Position numbers and translations under genes: made by a program | Notes under the pieces: generated by a model | What the model was told of the DNA's origin: nothing | Seen by the model: the letters and a program-made list of their open reading frames with translations, nothing else | Databases searched by the model: none | NCBI GenBank assembly: GCA_002412935.1 | Contig: DHWA01000013.1 | Location: 6,954 to 70,953 of the forward strand | Origin: Patescibacteria group bacterium UBA5194 | GTDB taxonomy: Bacteria; Patescibacteriota; Gracilibacteria; BD1-5; UBA6164 | Direction of reading: 5' to 3' | DNA: 64,000 nucleotides | Part shown: in pieces, positions 12,081 to 24,564 of the stretch | Layout of the letters: every line of letters starts with the position of its first letter | Position numbering within the stretch: the stretch's first letter is position 1

Positions 12081-12938
12081 ATGATTGATAAAAATATTTC
12101 AATTTTCGAATGAAAAAAAATCAGAAAAATTTATGATGAGAAAAAAGAAAAATGGTATTTTTCAGTTATAGATATAGTTTGAGCTTTGATAGAACAAGAG
12201 GATTATAATAAAAATAGAAAGTATTGGAATAAATTAGCTGAAAGGCTCAGAAATGAATGAAGTGAAGTGGTGACAAATTGTCACCAGTTGAAAATGTTAG
12301 CAAAAGATAATAAAATGAGATTAACAGATGTAGCAGATGTAGAAATTTTATTAAGGATTATTCAAACAGTTCCAAGTAAAAAAGCTGAACCTATCAAGTT
12401 ATGGTTAGCTCGTGTAGGTTATGAAAGAATGCAAGAGATAACTGATCCTGAAAAATCTCTAGACAGAGCAAGAGAAAATTGGTTAAAATGATGAAGAAGT
12501 GAACAATGGATTACAAGGAGAATGGCATGACAAGAAACTAGAAATAAGCTTACTAGTTATTGGGATGAAAACGGAGTAGAAAAGTGAGAAGAATTTGCTA
12601 TTTTAACCAATATTATTCATAGTGAATGGACTTGATTATCAGTTAAAGAACATAAACAACTTAAAAATCTAAAATCACAAAATCTAAGAGATCATATGAC
12701 AGAAGCAGAGCTTATATTTACTGCTTTAGCAGAATTGTCTACTAGAGAGATAGCAGATACTATGAAAACAAAATGACTTAAAGAAAATAAAATCCCTGCA
12801 AAAAAATGATGAGAAATAGCAAAAAATGCTAGAAAAGAATTAGAAAATAAGACTTGAAAAAAGGTAGTAAGTGGAAAGAATTTTTTGGAATATGTAAAAG
12901 AGAAAAAAAAGATTGAAGGTAGGGAAACAAAAAAATAG
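12081..12938 (+). CDS. Bro-N / DinD-like (DNA-damage-inducible protein D family) protein
   Basis: 285 aa. N-terminal Bro-N-like segment FEGKKIRKIYDEKKEKWYFSVIDIVGAL. Contains track ORF 12267-12491. Confidence 0.65.
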
Positions 12939-13115
12939 CTCCCAGTCTACAAGAGATCATTTCGCTGAGGTGAGCGACCTCCAAAAATATCATAATCAAT
13001 ATGGAAATATTGCTTTAATGGGAGGAGAGAAAGTTAGAGATGTATTTTGAAATATATAGTTGATTTTTTTATAAAAATCTTTATTATATACAAAGTATAC
13101 TTTAACTCATAATCA

Positions 13116-15437
13116 ATGCCCTACTCAGAATCAGATACAAGAGCAAAATATATAGACCCTCAACTTAAAAATAGTAACTGGGAAGAAATAAGTATTATAA
13201 GAGAATACTATTTTACTGACTGAAGAAAAGCACTTTGATGAAAAAGATGAAAAAGAAAATTTGCTGATTATATACTGACTTTCAAATGAGTAAAACTTGC
13301 AATCATAGAAGCTAAAAAAGAAGAATTAGACCCAACAGAATGACTAGAACAAGTTAAAGAATACTGTAAAATCCTTAATTTGAGATTTGTTTATTCTACA
13401 AATTGAAAAAAGATTTATGAATTTGATTTAGAAACTTGAAAAGGAGATTTTGTAGATAAGTACCCTGCTCCAGAAGAACTATATAATAAAGTTTACTCAG
13501 AAAGAAATCTTGCAAAAGAAACTCTTCTAAGTGAACCTTTTTTATTGTCTGATAAAAAACCTAGATATTATCAAGAAATAGCTATAAATAAGACTATGGA
13601 AGCTATTTGAAACTGAGAAAATAGGATTTTACTAACTCTAGCTACTTGAACTTGAAAAACTGTTATAGCTTTTCAAACTGTTTATAAACTTTTCAATGCT
13701 AGATGGTCAAAAGATGGTATTTGAGTAAGAAGACCTAGAATATTATTTTTAGCAGATAGAAATATACTTGTAGACCAAGCAATGAATACTTTTAATCCAC
13801 TTGAAAAAGATATATTAAAAATCAATTGAGTTGAAATCAAAAAAAGATGATGAAAAGTCCCTATGAATGCAAATATTTTCTTTGCTATTTATCAAGCTTT
13901 GGTTTGATGAGTAGATGAAGAAAATCCAGATGAAGTAATTGAAGCATACTATAACAGATATCCAAAAGACTTTTTTGATATGATAATTATAGATGAATGT
14001 CATAGAGGCTGAGCTAGAGAAGATTGAAACTGGTCAGAAATATTAAAATACTTTGATAGTGCAATTCATCTATGACTTACAGCAACACCAAAAAGAGATG
14101 ACAATATAGATACATATAGATATTTTTGAAAACCTATTTATGAATACAGTTTAAAAGCTTGAATAGATGATTGATTTTTAACACCTTTTAAAATAAAAAG
14201 AATCAAGTTAAATATAGATGAACTAGTTTTAAATACTTGAGACCAGATAATAGAATGAACAGCTAAAAAAGATGTTTACTATACAAAAGATATGGAAAGA
14301 GAGATTATAATAGATGAAAGGTCTGATTTAATAGCTCAAACTATTTTACAACAAATCAATAAGATGGATAAAACCATAGTATTTTGTGTAGATCAAAGCC
14401 ATGCACTTAGAATAAGAGATAGTATAAATAAATATAAAACAGTTAAAGACTCTGATTATTGTGTAAGAGTTACAAGTAATGAATGAGAGATATGAAGAAC
14501 TTATTTAGAAAGATTTCAAGATAATGATAAAGATATACCAGTTATTCTTACAAGTTCACAAATGTTAACAACTTGAGTAGATGCCTTAAATGTAAGAAAT
14601 ATAGTACTTGTAAGGAATATTTGAAGCATAGTTGAGTATAAACAAATTATTTGAAGATGAACTCGTATATTTGACTGAAAAGATTATTTTACTATTCTTG
14701 ATTTTGTATGAGCTACAAATGATTTCAAAGATGAAGTTTGGGATTGATGACCAGAAGATGATGATAATTGTCATTCTGAACTTGTTTCAGAATCATCAAA
14801 ATGTAAAAATACTAATTATGAATCTGAAATAAATTCGCAGTGACAAGAAAAAGAAAAAAGATTATATGTTAAATTATGAGATAGTAGAGAAGTAAAAGTA
14901 ATAGATATAGAAACTAGATACCTTGACCCAATTACTTGAAAACACTTGAGTTCAGAAGACTTTTTAAAGAAGATAATTTGAGATTTACCAACTTTTTACA
15001 AAGATGAACATCAATTAAGAGAATTATGGAGTAATCCAGAAACTAGAGATGAATTATTGTATAAATTATCTCAAATATGACTTGATACAGAGCAATTAGA
15101 TGACTTAAAGAGAATATTTGAAGCTGAGGACTCAGATATATTTGATGTACTTGCTCACTTGTCTTTTGATAGTGATATAAAGTACAGGTCTGAAAGGTCT
15201 ATTTATTGAGAAGAAATAGTTGATAATTACGAAAGTATTAAAGCTCGTGAATTTTTAGAATTTTTACTTACTTTGTATGTGAAAAATTGAATTTTAGAGT
15301 TTAGAAAGGATAAATTAGCAAGTAAAATAGCTTTGTTTAATAAATGACAATCAAGAGAGATAGCAAGTGAATTTGGTTGAATTGAAGAGCTTAAAAATGC
15401 TTATTATGAATTGCAAAGGAGTTTATATGTTAAGTAA
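13116..15437 (+). CDS. hsdR: type I restriction enzyme R subunit
   Basis: 773 aa. N-terminal nuclease region, helicase motif I LATGTGKT, motif II DECHRG, TATP, QMLTTGVD, and an EcoEI-type C-terminal region. Confidence 0.9.
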
Positions 15438-15441
15438 ATAA
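15343..15441 (+). repeat. 99-bp direct repeat, copy 1 (authentic 3' end of hsdR)
   Basis: 98/99 identical to 16260-16358. Confidence 0.85.
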
Positions 15442-15442
15442 T

Positions 15443-16072
15443 ATGCTTGTATTTATTGATGAAAGTTGAGATAGTTGATTTAAATTTAATAAATGAAGTA
15501 GTGAAATATTTACTATTATTTTAGTTGTATTTAATGAAAATGATGAGGCAAAAGCTTGTGATACAAGAATTGAATTATTAAAAAGAGAAATATTTGGAGA
15601 TATAAATGAAGAATTTCATTTTAAAAGAAATTCAGATAATGTAAGAAAACAATTTTTTGAAGCAATGATTCCATATAGCTTTTTCTATTATTGATTTGTT
15701 TTAAATAAAAAAAAGTTATATTGAGAATGATTTAGAAGTAAAGAATCATTTTATAAAATATTAAGTTGATATATATTTGAAAATGCAAAGGAAAAATTGG
15801 ATAATGCAAAAATAATTATTGATAAAAATTGAAATAACGAATTTAGAAATAGTTTAGCAAAATACCTAAAAACAAAGATGAATAATAGTAATATAAAAAG
15901 AATAAAAGAAGTAAAAATGCAGGATTCACATAAAAATAATTTATTACAATTAGCTGATTATGTTGCATCTTGATTAAATCGTCTATATAATACTTGAAAA
16001 AATAGGAGTGAATATGATTACATAAAAAAAATCTCTTCAAAAGAGATTTATGTTCAAATTTGGCCTAAATAA
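15443..16072 (+). CDS. DUF3800 family protein (paralog A)
   Basis: 209 aa. Starts MLVFIDESGDSG (DUF3800 DESG motif). C-terminal LLQLADYVA motif. Confidence 0.7.
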
Positions 16073-16079
16073 TTGGAGA

Positions 16080-16157
16080 ATCCTACTCTATCCAAATTAT
16101 ACCAGAAAGGTAAGGTGTGGAACGCACAAGCGATAAACGCTACAGTTCGAGTAGGAT
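16080..16157. other. GC-enriched structured element of unknown function
   Basis: 9-bp closing stem ATCCTACTC / GAGTAGGAT encloses sub-hairpins such as AGCGATAAACGCT. Lies in the 3' flank of the DUF3800-A cassette. Does not fold as a tRNA. Confidence 0.35.
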
Positions 16158-16259
16158 ACAATTCCACTAGAATTATAATTTAAAATGTAATAAAAGTCAA
16201 ATTATTATTTTACACTATAAAAATAATAATTATGAAGAAATAGAAAAAAATATTTAATG

Positions 16260-16358
16260 AATGACAATCAAGAGAGATAGCAAGTGAATTTGGTTGAATT
16301 GAAGAGCTTAAAAATGCTTATTATGAGTTGCAAAGGAGTTTATATGTTAAGTAAATAA
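16260..16358 (+). repeat. 99-bp direct repeat, copy 2 (orphan duplicate of the hsdR 3' end)
   Basis: One mismatch against 15343-15441. Not preceded by an hsdR reading frame. Confidence 0.85.
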
Positions 16359-16366
16359 GATAAAGT

Positions 16367-17074
16367 ATGATTGAAAATAAAAATATTTATAACATTTATC
16401 TTGATGAAAGCAGTATTGATAATCCTAAAAATCATTTTATGGTAATAGGATGAATTTTTATGCAAAGAAATTTAAGAGATGAAATAAAAAATAAAATAAA
16501 AGATTTAAGAAAAAAACATGATTTTTATCCAGAATTAAAATGGACAAAATTAAACAAAAAAAATATCCCCTTTGCTAAAGACATAATAGATTTATTTTTT
16601 AGTTATTCAAAAGATGATTTACAATTTCATTGTATAGTTGTTGATAAGACATTAGTTGCTTACGATGTTTATCATTCTGAAGATAAAGAATTAGCATTTT
16701 ACAAGTTTATTTATCAATTACTACAAAATAAATTTAAAAATGACGGCATATATTACTTATTTTTAGATTACAAGCAAAATAGTGATAAAAATAGACTAAA
16801 AGAATTAGAAAAATTTTTATCAATTATAGCTGAAAAAAAATATCATAATACAGAAATAAAACATATTCAATCATATTGTTCAAAAGAAGTACAACTTATA
16901 CAATTAGCAGATTTTTTTACATGAGCAGTATGATACATAAAAAATTGATTATGAGTTTCTGAAGCTAAAAAAGAAATTGTTAATTATATTGCAGAAAAAT
17001 TAAACAAACAAAATTTAGATTTTAAATCTAAGAGAGAAGAAAAAAAATTTAATATCTTTCAAATTAATTTATAA
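16367..17074 (+). CDS. DUF3800 family protein (paralog B)
   Basis: 235 aa. IYLDESS motif near the N-terminus and LIQLADFFTGAV near the C-terminus. Contains the longest track ORF, 16460-16924. Confidence 0.7.
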
Positions 17075-17083
17075 AATGAAAAT

Positions 17084-17545
17084 ATGCTAGAAACTACTCC
17101 GTGATTACTTATAAAATGAGAAGAAATTCATTATCTAGAAAAGTTTAAAGATATTTTTAAGGATGATAATAAAATTATACTTCCAGAGAAGAACAATAAG
17201 CCTGTATTAATTTTTACTAATAAAGAAACTTCAATTTATCATATATGGAGATGATGATGATATGCCTGACTGAAAGAAGATGAATTTAATTTTAATGATC
17301 CACAATTTTATAGAAGAGCCCAAAGAATATTATGGATTAAATACTTATTAGAAAATCCTCAAATAAGACATATTTATAGAGATAAAAATAATTGATACTT
17401 ATGTTTTGTTTCGAATGAACTTGAATATAGTGTTGTTATAAAAGAAGTTAAAACTAGTTTTATGCTTATTACTGCATACCATACATATAATACATATTGA
17501 TACATGAGTAATGAAAAAAGATTTGAAAGAGTTTATTCAATATAA
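17084..17545 (+). CDS. hypothetical protein (153 aa), defense-island context
   Basis: Code-25 ORF starting 10 nt after DUF3800-B. I recognise no motif. Confidence 0.45.
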
Positions 17546-17577
17546 AAGAGGTTGATGAATGTCCTTCACAACCTCTT
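17546..17577 (+). terminator. stem-loop after the 17084-17545 gene
   Basis: 9-bp stem AAGAGGTTG / CAACCTCTT begins right after the stop. No clear T-run, so termination is uncertain. Confidence 0.35.
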
Positions 17578-17737
17578 AAAACAGAGTACTGGGAGAATAT
17601 CTTGCGATATATACTATGAAGTATACTCCCTTATGTAATTAACAGTATACTCTAATTATCCATTATTACAAATATGCCTTCATTAGGGCACTTAAGTAAG
17701 TAAAAATATAAACAAAATAAATATAAAAAGAGCTTAA

Positions 17738-17762
17738 TTGTACAAAAAATTTGTACAAAAAA
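17738..17762 (+). promoter_or_regulatory. tandem TTGTACAAAAAA x2 (palindromic TGTACA cores), possible operator
   Basis: Two exact 12-mers with 13-nt spacing, about 48 nt upstream of the HEPN gene ATG. Confidence 0.3.
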
Positions 17763-17809
17763 TAGATATTTTGGCTTTAAATAAGCAATACTAGTATTAA
17801 TTAATTGAT

Positions 17810-18601
17810 ATGGATAAACAAACTCAAATGAAAGTTTGATATAGAAAAGAAATTTGCGATAAACATGATTGGAGAATCAAACATATATGAAATTTGGAAT
17901 CAGAGCTCGAAAAAGTACCTGGAAATGATAAAACATTTGATTGGGAAGTATGAAGTATTTTTGTTGCATCAGAACAATTTATTTTCGATAGAAAAAGGAT
18001 TGGTTTAACAAAACCAGAGATGACAGCAGTTTATATCAATATATCAAATAATCATTTTCAAGAATCAAGAAAAATGTTATTTTGAATCAAAAAAGATAAT
18101 ACTTGATTCTATTATTTTGAATGAAATTGATTTGATTTATTAGAAAATATAATAGTTTCAACAGTTTTTGCAGTTTCTGCATTAGAAGTATTTTTTAACC
18201 AATTTTTAATTAATAGTAATGATAATGATATACTAGTAACTACACTTAATAAGGAATGAAAAAAAATATGATTATTAAAAAAAGATTTAGAATGGTTATG
18301 AATTGAAGAAAAAATATTAGTCATTTTGCCTTTAATCTTTAAAACACAAAATAGTGATATGCAAAAAATATCATCAAAATTAAAACAACTTAATAAATTA
18401 AGAAACAGAATAATTCATCTTAAAAGTATAGATATAAAAAATACTACAGATATAAAAACCCCATCAACAATTCGGAAACAATTATTTGACCAAACTAAAG
18501 ATAATCCTGCTTTTATATCTAAAGAAATCATAAAATTTTTTTATGATCAATCTAAAAATGAATATCCTAGATGGCTTAGATTATTACCTTTTAAAAAATA
18601 A
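17810..18601 (+). CDS. HEPN-motif protein (263 aa)
   Basis: Code-25 ORF. R-x4-H motif RNRIIH at 18401-18418 sits in the context LNKLRNRIIHLK. The stop overlaps the ATG of the RT gene (TAATG). Confidence 0.55.
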
Positions 18602-20787
18602 TGAATATAAACACTGAAATAACTCTAAATGATATAAGAGAAATATTATTAAAATATAGTTTTGAGAATAATGAAAAATATTATTATTATTCAAGAAAAA
18701 ACAATATCTGAAACTTAATGTATGATCATTTCTTTAAGAGATTATACCACATTTTTTCTGATGTTTCATTAACAGATGATGATGAATGAGTCAAAGAGTT
18801 CATAAAAGCTATTAAATATTGTAATACTGATTATTTGTATGATATATTTGATGTAAAAGCTAATTTAAACTTCTCTGAAAGAAATTATAGGATTACAAAT
18901 TTTTATAATGTAATTCTATATGAAATCTATGTAAATAAAATTTTTAAACAATTAGCATATCTATCACATAAAAATAATTTAACAAATTATTTGATATTAG
19001 ATAAATATTTCTGATATTTTTCTAGTGTAAACTATTCTATAGATTCAGAAAATAATATATCATCATTAGATTACCAACATTATGATGTAAATTGGATATT
19101 ATTTGAAGAGAAAAAGAAAGAACTTTTGAAAGGTAATAACGAATATATTGAAACTGATATAAAATGATTTTATGATAATATAAATCATGAAATTTTGATT
19201 GAAAAATTAAAATATATTTTTCATAAGTATTGAAATGAAAATATTGATAATTTTTTATATATATTTTCTAACATATTATACAAAGTAAACTGATATAAAA
19301 AATCTTGAATTCCTCAGTGAGTTATTGCATCAGATATAATTGCTAATCTTTTTATTTGGTTAATATTATTTAATGATAAAGATTTATATGATTTTAAACA
19401 AGAAAATTGATTTTATAGTTTATATTGATTAAAATGTATAAATTATAATGATGATTTTATTTTTTGTGGTAATAATTTAGATACTATTTTTAATAAAGAA
19501 ATTAAAAAAATATTTAAAAACAATAGTTTAACTTTGAGCTTAGAAAAAACCACTTGAATATTAGATTCTTTTAGTTATAAATTTTATGATGAAATAGATT
19601 ATAATAAAATTATTAGTAATGATAAGATTGAAATTACAAAATTAAAAAATTTATTTATAACTGAATTAGAAAAAAATATAGATAAAATAGATATAAAATT
19701 ATTGAAAAGAAATTTTAAATGGATTCATAATATTAAAAGTGCAAAACCAACTGTAAAAAAATCATTTGTGAAATGAATATTTAAAATATTATTTGAAGAT
19801 ATTGATTGAAAAAAGAAATATGAAAAAATAAAAAAAATTTATCTTTTACTTGTTATATCACCAAGCAATTTTGTATATTTAATAATTATATTAGAGGAAT
19901 TTTTTCAAGAGAAGTATAATAAATCTTTTGAAAAATTATTGCTTCAAAAAATATTTATTCATTATAATTACTATGTTACAGATTCATTATTAGTTAAATT
20001 TTATAGTGACTTAAACAACTCTTACCATAATCTAGGCTACAAAGAACTAAAATCATTTTTATTTAATTTAATAAATAAAAATAATAATAAAGCTATTAAA
20101 TCTTTTTTAGATAATGATAAGAAACCTTTAGATTTAATAATTAAAGATAACGGTTTGATATGATTACATAACCTAATATATGGAAATAATGATATTAAAC
20201 GATTTAAAGAAAATATATTGTGAATAAAACTATATTCATTATTCTGAATAAACATTAACTATGATAACATTAACTCATTTTTTGAGAGAAATTGAAATGA
20301 CAAAATTATAAAAAATGTTAAATTAAAACTAAATCATATCATTGATGATTTGATAATAATAAAAAACATATCTCCAAATTTTTACTTAAAAAATCCTTCT
20401 TTTATTGCTGACCTATATTCGGTTTTAAACATATTATTAACTTTATTATTTTTTATTATTGATAATAAAATTATTGAAGTAAAGATAGATTGAGGAAATG
20501 AGGAAGGTTTTATTCAAACAAAAAAAGATAAGATTGAAAACAAATTTATTAAAGTTTGATTAAGAAAATATATAAATGACTTTGATACTAATCATATAAG
20601 TATGTTATATTATATTGCTAAAAAAAGAGCAATTTATAACCATAAAGAGATAGATATTGATAAAGATATAAATTTTTTAGTTTATAAAAAAAACAATGAT
20701 TTAAATACTTTTTATAATTGAATTTCAAGTCTGATAATCTATATTTTAAATTTAATAGATAAAGAAGTATTAAGTAATAAAATTTAA
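18601..20787 (+). CDS. AbiA-like reverse transcriptase with C-terminal HEPN motif
   Basis: 728 aa. RT motifs TDIKGFYDNINHE and GIPQGVIASDIIANLFI. Catalytic YNDD at 19444-19455. C-terminal R-x4-H (KRAIYNH) at 20626-20643. Confidence 0.75.
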
Positions 20788-20848
20788 AATAATCTTTACT
20801 TTAAGCCAAAAATCAATATACTACTAAAGATAAATAATAATATAAAAT

Positions 20849-22048
20849 ATGCCCTACCCAATAAAAAAGCTTTGAGAAATAACAATATTAATTACAAAAT
20901 GATCTACTCCAACTTCTTATTGATTTAAATATTTGAATAGTTGAGTAAGTTTTATTAAAATTGAAAATATCTCAAATTGAAAAATTATAAAAGATTCAAT
21001 TCATTGTTTTATTTCGGAAGAAGCAAATATATTTCAAAAAAGAAGTATTTTAAATGAGTGAGATTTATTAATATCAATAGCTTGAACAATATGAACTGTA
21101 GCAGTTGTTAATAATAATATTCTTCCAGCAAATACAAATCAAGCCTTAGCAATTGTAAGATGATATAATCAGTATACAACTTCAAATTATTTACAATTTG
21201 TATTATCATCAAATCTTTCTAAAGATTTTAAAGATAAAGCAAGATGAGGAGCTTTACAGAATATATCATTAGAAGATATAAAAAACATTCCAATCCCCCT
21301 ACCCCCACTCCCAACCCAAAAACTCATAGTTCAAAAACTAGATGAATCATTTGAAAAAATAGATAAAAGTATAGAAATCACAAAAAAAAATTTAGAAAAT
21401 CTAGAACAACTAAATAAAAGTGTTTTAGAAGAAGTTTTTAAAAAGTGAGAATATGATATTAAAACTATTGATGATATTTCTCATAATGTTCAATATTGAT
21501 ATACTTGAAAAACAATTGAAAAGTGAAATTATAAGTATTTAAGAATTACAGATATACAAGATAACAACATAATTTGGGCTAATGTTCCTTATGTTGATAT
21601 CACTGAAAAAGAATCTAATAAATATAAATTAAACAAGTGAGATATTGTTTTTGCAAGAACATGAGCAACTGTTTGAAAGTCTTGTTTAATAGATGAAGTT
21701 TGAGTTGGTAATGTATTTGCTTCCTATTTGATAAGAATTATTTGAAAACAAAATCTAGTGAATCCAAATTTTATGCAATATTTCTTTTATAGTAAAAATT
21801 ATTGGGAGCAAATATGACTTGATGTTGTTTGAGCTGCTCAACCAAATTTTAATTGAACAAAACTAAAGCAAGTAAAAATCCCACTTCCACCACTTCCAAA
21901 ACAAAAAGAAATAGTTACATATTTAGATCAAATATTTGAAAAAAATAAATCTCTAAAAAGTGAGTATGAAAGAAAATTAAAAGATTTAGAAGAACTAAAA
22001 CAGAGCTTGTTGAAAGAAGCCTTTGAATGAAAATTGGTAAAAGAATAA
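20849..22048 (+). CDS. hsdS: type I restriction-modification specificity subunit
   Basis: 399 aa. Two target-recognition halves, each followed by conserved IP(I/L)PLPPLP(T/K)Q and coiled-coil spacers. Confidence 0.85.
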
Positions 22049-22105
22049 TTTGTAGAAATATATATTTTGTATATAATACGAATATATTATAATTTATAAA
22101 ACAAT

Positions 22106-23116
22106 ATGAAAGAATTAAATATAAAAGAAAATATTACTGAATTTTTACTTTATAAAACTTCAAATGGAGATATAAAAGTAGAAGTTTTTTTAAAAGATGA
22201 AAATATTTGGTTATCTCAAAAGAAAATTTGAGAATTATTTAATATAGATAGAAGTGTAATAACAAAACATATTAAAAATATTTTTGAAACAGAAGAATTA
22301 GAGAAAAATTCAGTATGTGCAAATTTTGCACATACTGCTGAAGATTGAAAAATTTATAACACAAATTTTTATAATCTTGATGCTATTATTGCAATTTGAT
22401 ATAGAGTAAACAGTAAGAGAGCAACTGATTTTCGTATTTGGTCAAATAAAATCTTAAAAGAATATATAATAAAATGATACTCAATGGATGTGGAAAAATT
22501 AAAAAATCCAAATAATCCATTTTGAAAAGATTACTTTGAAGAACAATTAGAAATAATCAGAGATATCAGAAGTAGTGAAAGAAGATTTTATCAAAAAATT
22601 ACTGATATTTATTCTAGTTGTTCTATTGATTATGATAAAAACTCAGAAATTACAAAAACATTTTTTGCAACGGTACAAAATAAATTGCATTGGGCAATAG
22701 TCTGAAAAACTGCTGCTGAAATAGTTTATTCAAGAGCTAATCATAAAGAAAATAAAATGTGATTAACATCTTGGAAAAATTCTCCAAATTGAAAAATAAG
22801 AAAAATAGATGTAAGTATTGCAAAAAATTATTTAGATGAAAAAGAATTAAAACCATTAAATAGAATTGTAACAATGTATCTTGATTATGCTGAACTACAA
22901 GCTGAAAATCATAAAGCAATGACAATGTTAGATTGGGTATGAAAATTAGATAGTTTTTTAAAATTTAATGAAAAAAATATTTTAGAAAATTCTTGAAAAG
23001 TTACAACTGAAATAGCTAAAAGTTTTGCTGAAAATGAATTTGAAAAATATAAACTAATTCAAGATAAAACATATTTATCAGACTTTGATAATGAAATTAA
23101 AAAACTAAATTTATAA
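22106..23116 (+). CDS. RhuM-family protein
   Basis: 336 aa. Segments NLDAIIAIGYRVNSKRATDFRIW and ERRFYQKITDIY are typical of RhuM proteins, which commonly sit inside type I R-M operons. Confidence 0.7.
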
Positions 23117-23132
23117 ACTTATTTAAACACTT

Positions 23133-24557
23133 ATGAAACAAAAAATAGCAAGAATAAAAGATGTACTTCGTACTGATTCATGAATTTCTTGAGCAATGTG
23201 ATATACTGAACAAGTTTCGTGGATACTTTTTTTGAAGTTCCTTGACGATTATGAACAAAGAGAGTCTGATAATGCTTTGCTTGATTGAAAAGAATATAAG
23301 TATTTACTAGAAGAAAAATACAGATGGAGTATTTGGATAAAACAACAAAAATGATATATTGCATGAGATGATTTAAAAGACTTTGTTAATAACAACCTTT
23401 TTCCTTATTTGAAGTCTTTTAGAAATATAACTGATGATTATCATTCTATAAAGTATAAAATTTGAGAAATTTTCTTTTTTATCAATAACAAAATAGAAGA
23501 TTGAAACAATATTAAAGAAGTAGTTGATTTAGTTGATTGACTAAGCTTTCAAAAACAAGAAGATTTATTTGACCTTTCAAATGTCTATGAAGATTTATTG
23601 AAAGATATGTGAAATGCTTGATGAAATAATTGAGAATTTTATACTCCTAGAAGTATCATAAAAATAATGGTAGATAGTGTAGATCCAAAAATATGACAAA
23701 CTATATATGACCCTGCAGCTTGAAGTTGTTGATTTTTGATTGAAGCATTTAATCATATAAATACACAAGAAAAAACAGATAAACAATTAGAGTTTTTACA
23801 TAATCAAACTTTATTCTGAAATGAAAAAACCCCTCTAGCTTATGTAATGTGAGTTATGAATATGATACTTCACAGTATCAGTAATCCAAATATTAAAAAA
23901 ACAGATACATTAGCTCAAAATATTAAATCATTTCAAGAGAAAGATAGATATGATGTTATTCTTGCAAATCCTCCTTTTGGTTGAAAAATAAAATCTCAAG
24001 TACAAATAAACTTTCCAATTAGAACAAATGCAACAGAAATGCTTTTTTTACAACATATATTGAAGAGTGTAAAATTATGAGGTAAAGTATGAATCATTGT
24101 ACCTGAATGAGTTTTATTTAATTCTTGAAGTGCTTTTTGAGAAGTTAAGAAATGGCTTTTAGAAGATTTTAATCTTCATAGCATAGTAAGTCTTCCTGCT
24201 TGAGTATTCCTACCTTATGCCTGAGTTAAAACAAATGTAATTTTCTTTAATAGAGAATGAAAAACAAGTGATATATGGTATTATGAAATAGATTTAGGAA
24301 GAACTCTTACAAAAAATAAGCCTATAACTTATGATGATATAAAACATATTCCAGCGATGCTCCACAAAAGAGAAGTTTGACCAAATTCTTGGATTGTAAA
24401 AATAGAAGACATAAAAGATTATGACCTATCAGCAAAAAATCCAAACAAAGCAAAAGAAAAAGCACTCAGAACACCAAAAGAGATATTTGAAGAATTAAAA
24501 GAAAACGATAAAGTTATAAATAGTTTACTTGGAGAATTAAATGAGATTTTGAAATAA
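23133..24557 (+). CDS. hsdM: type I restriction-modification DNA methyltransferase subunit
   Basis: 474 aa. HsdM N-terminal domain, AdoMet motif DPAAGSCGF, and catalytic NPPFG with the Gly encoded by TGA. Confidence 0.9.
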
Positions 24558-24564
24558 TAGATTT

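Noticed and set aside
11825-13040. Similarity between the ABC gene 3' end (TATGGAAAAT...TTTAGTGGGAGGAGAGA) and 13003-13037, as att-like direct repeats around the DinD-like gene
   Set aside because: Only about 17 of 20 nt match, with gaps. This is too short and degenerate to distinguish from chance, unlike the hsdR and hsdM tail duplications.
16080-16157. tRNA gene (contains CAGTTCGAG, resembling a T-loop)
   Set aside because: No cloverleaf can be drawn. The dominant pairing is one long-range 9-bp stem.
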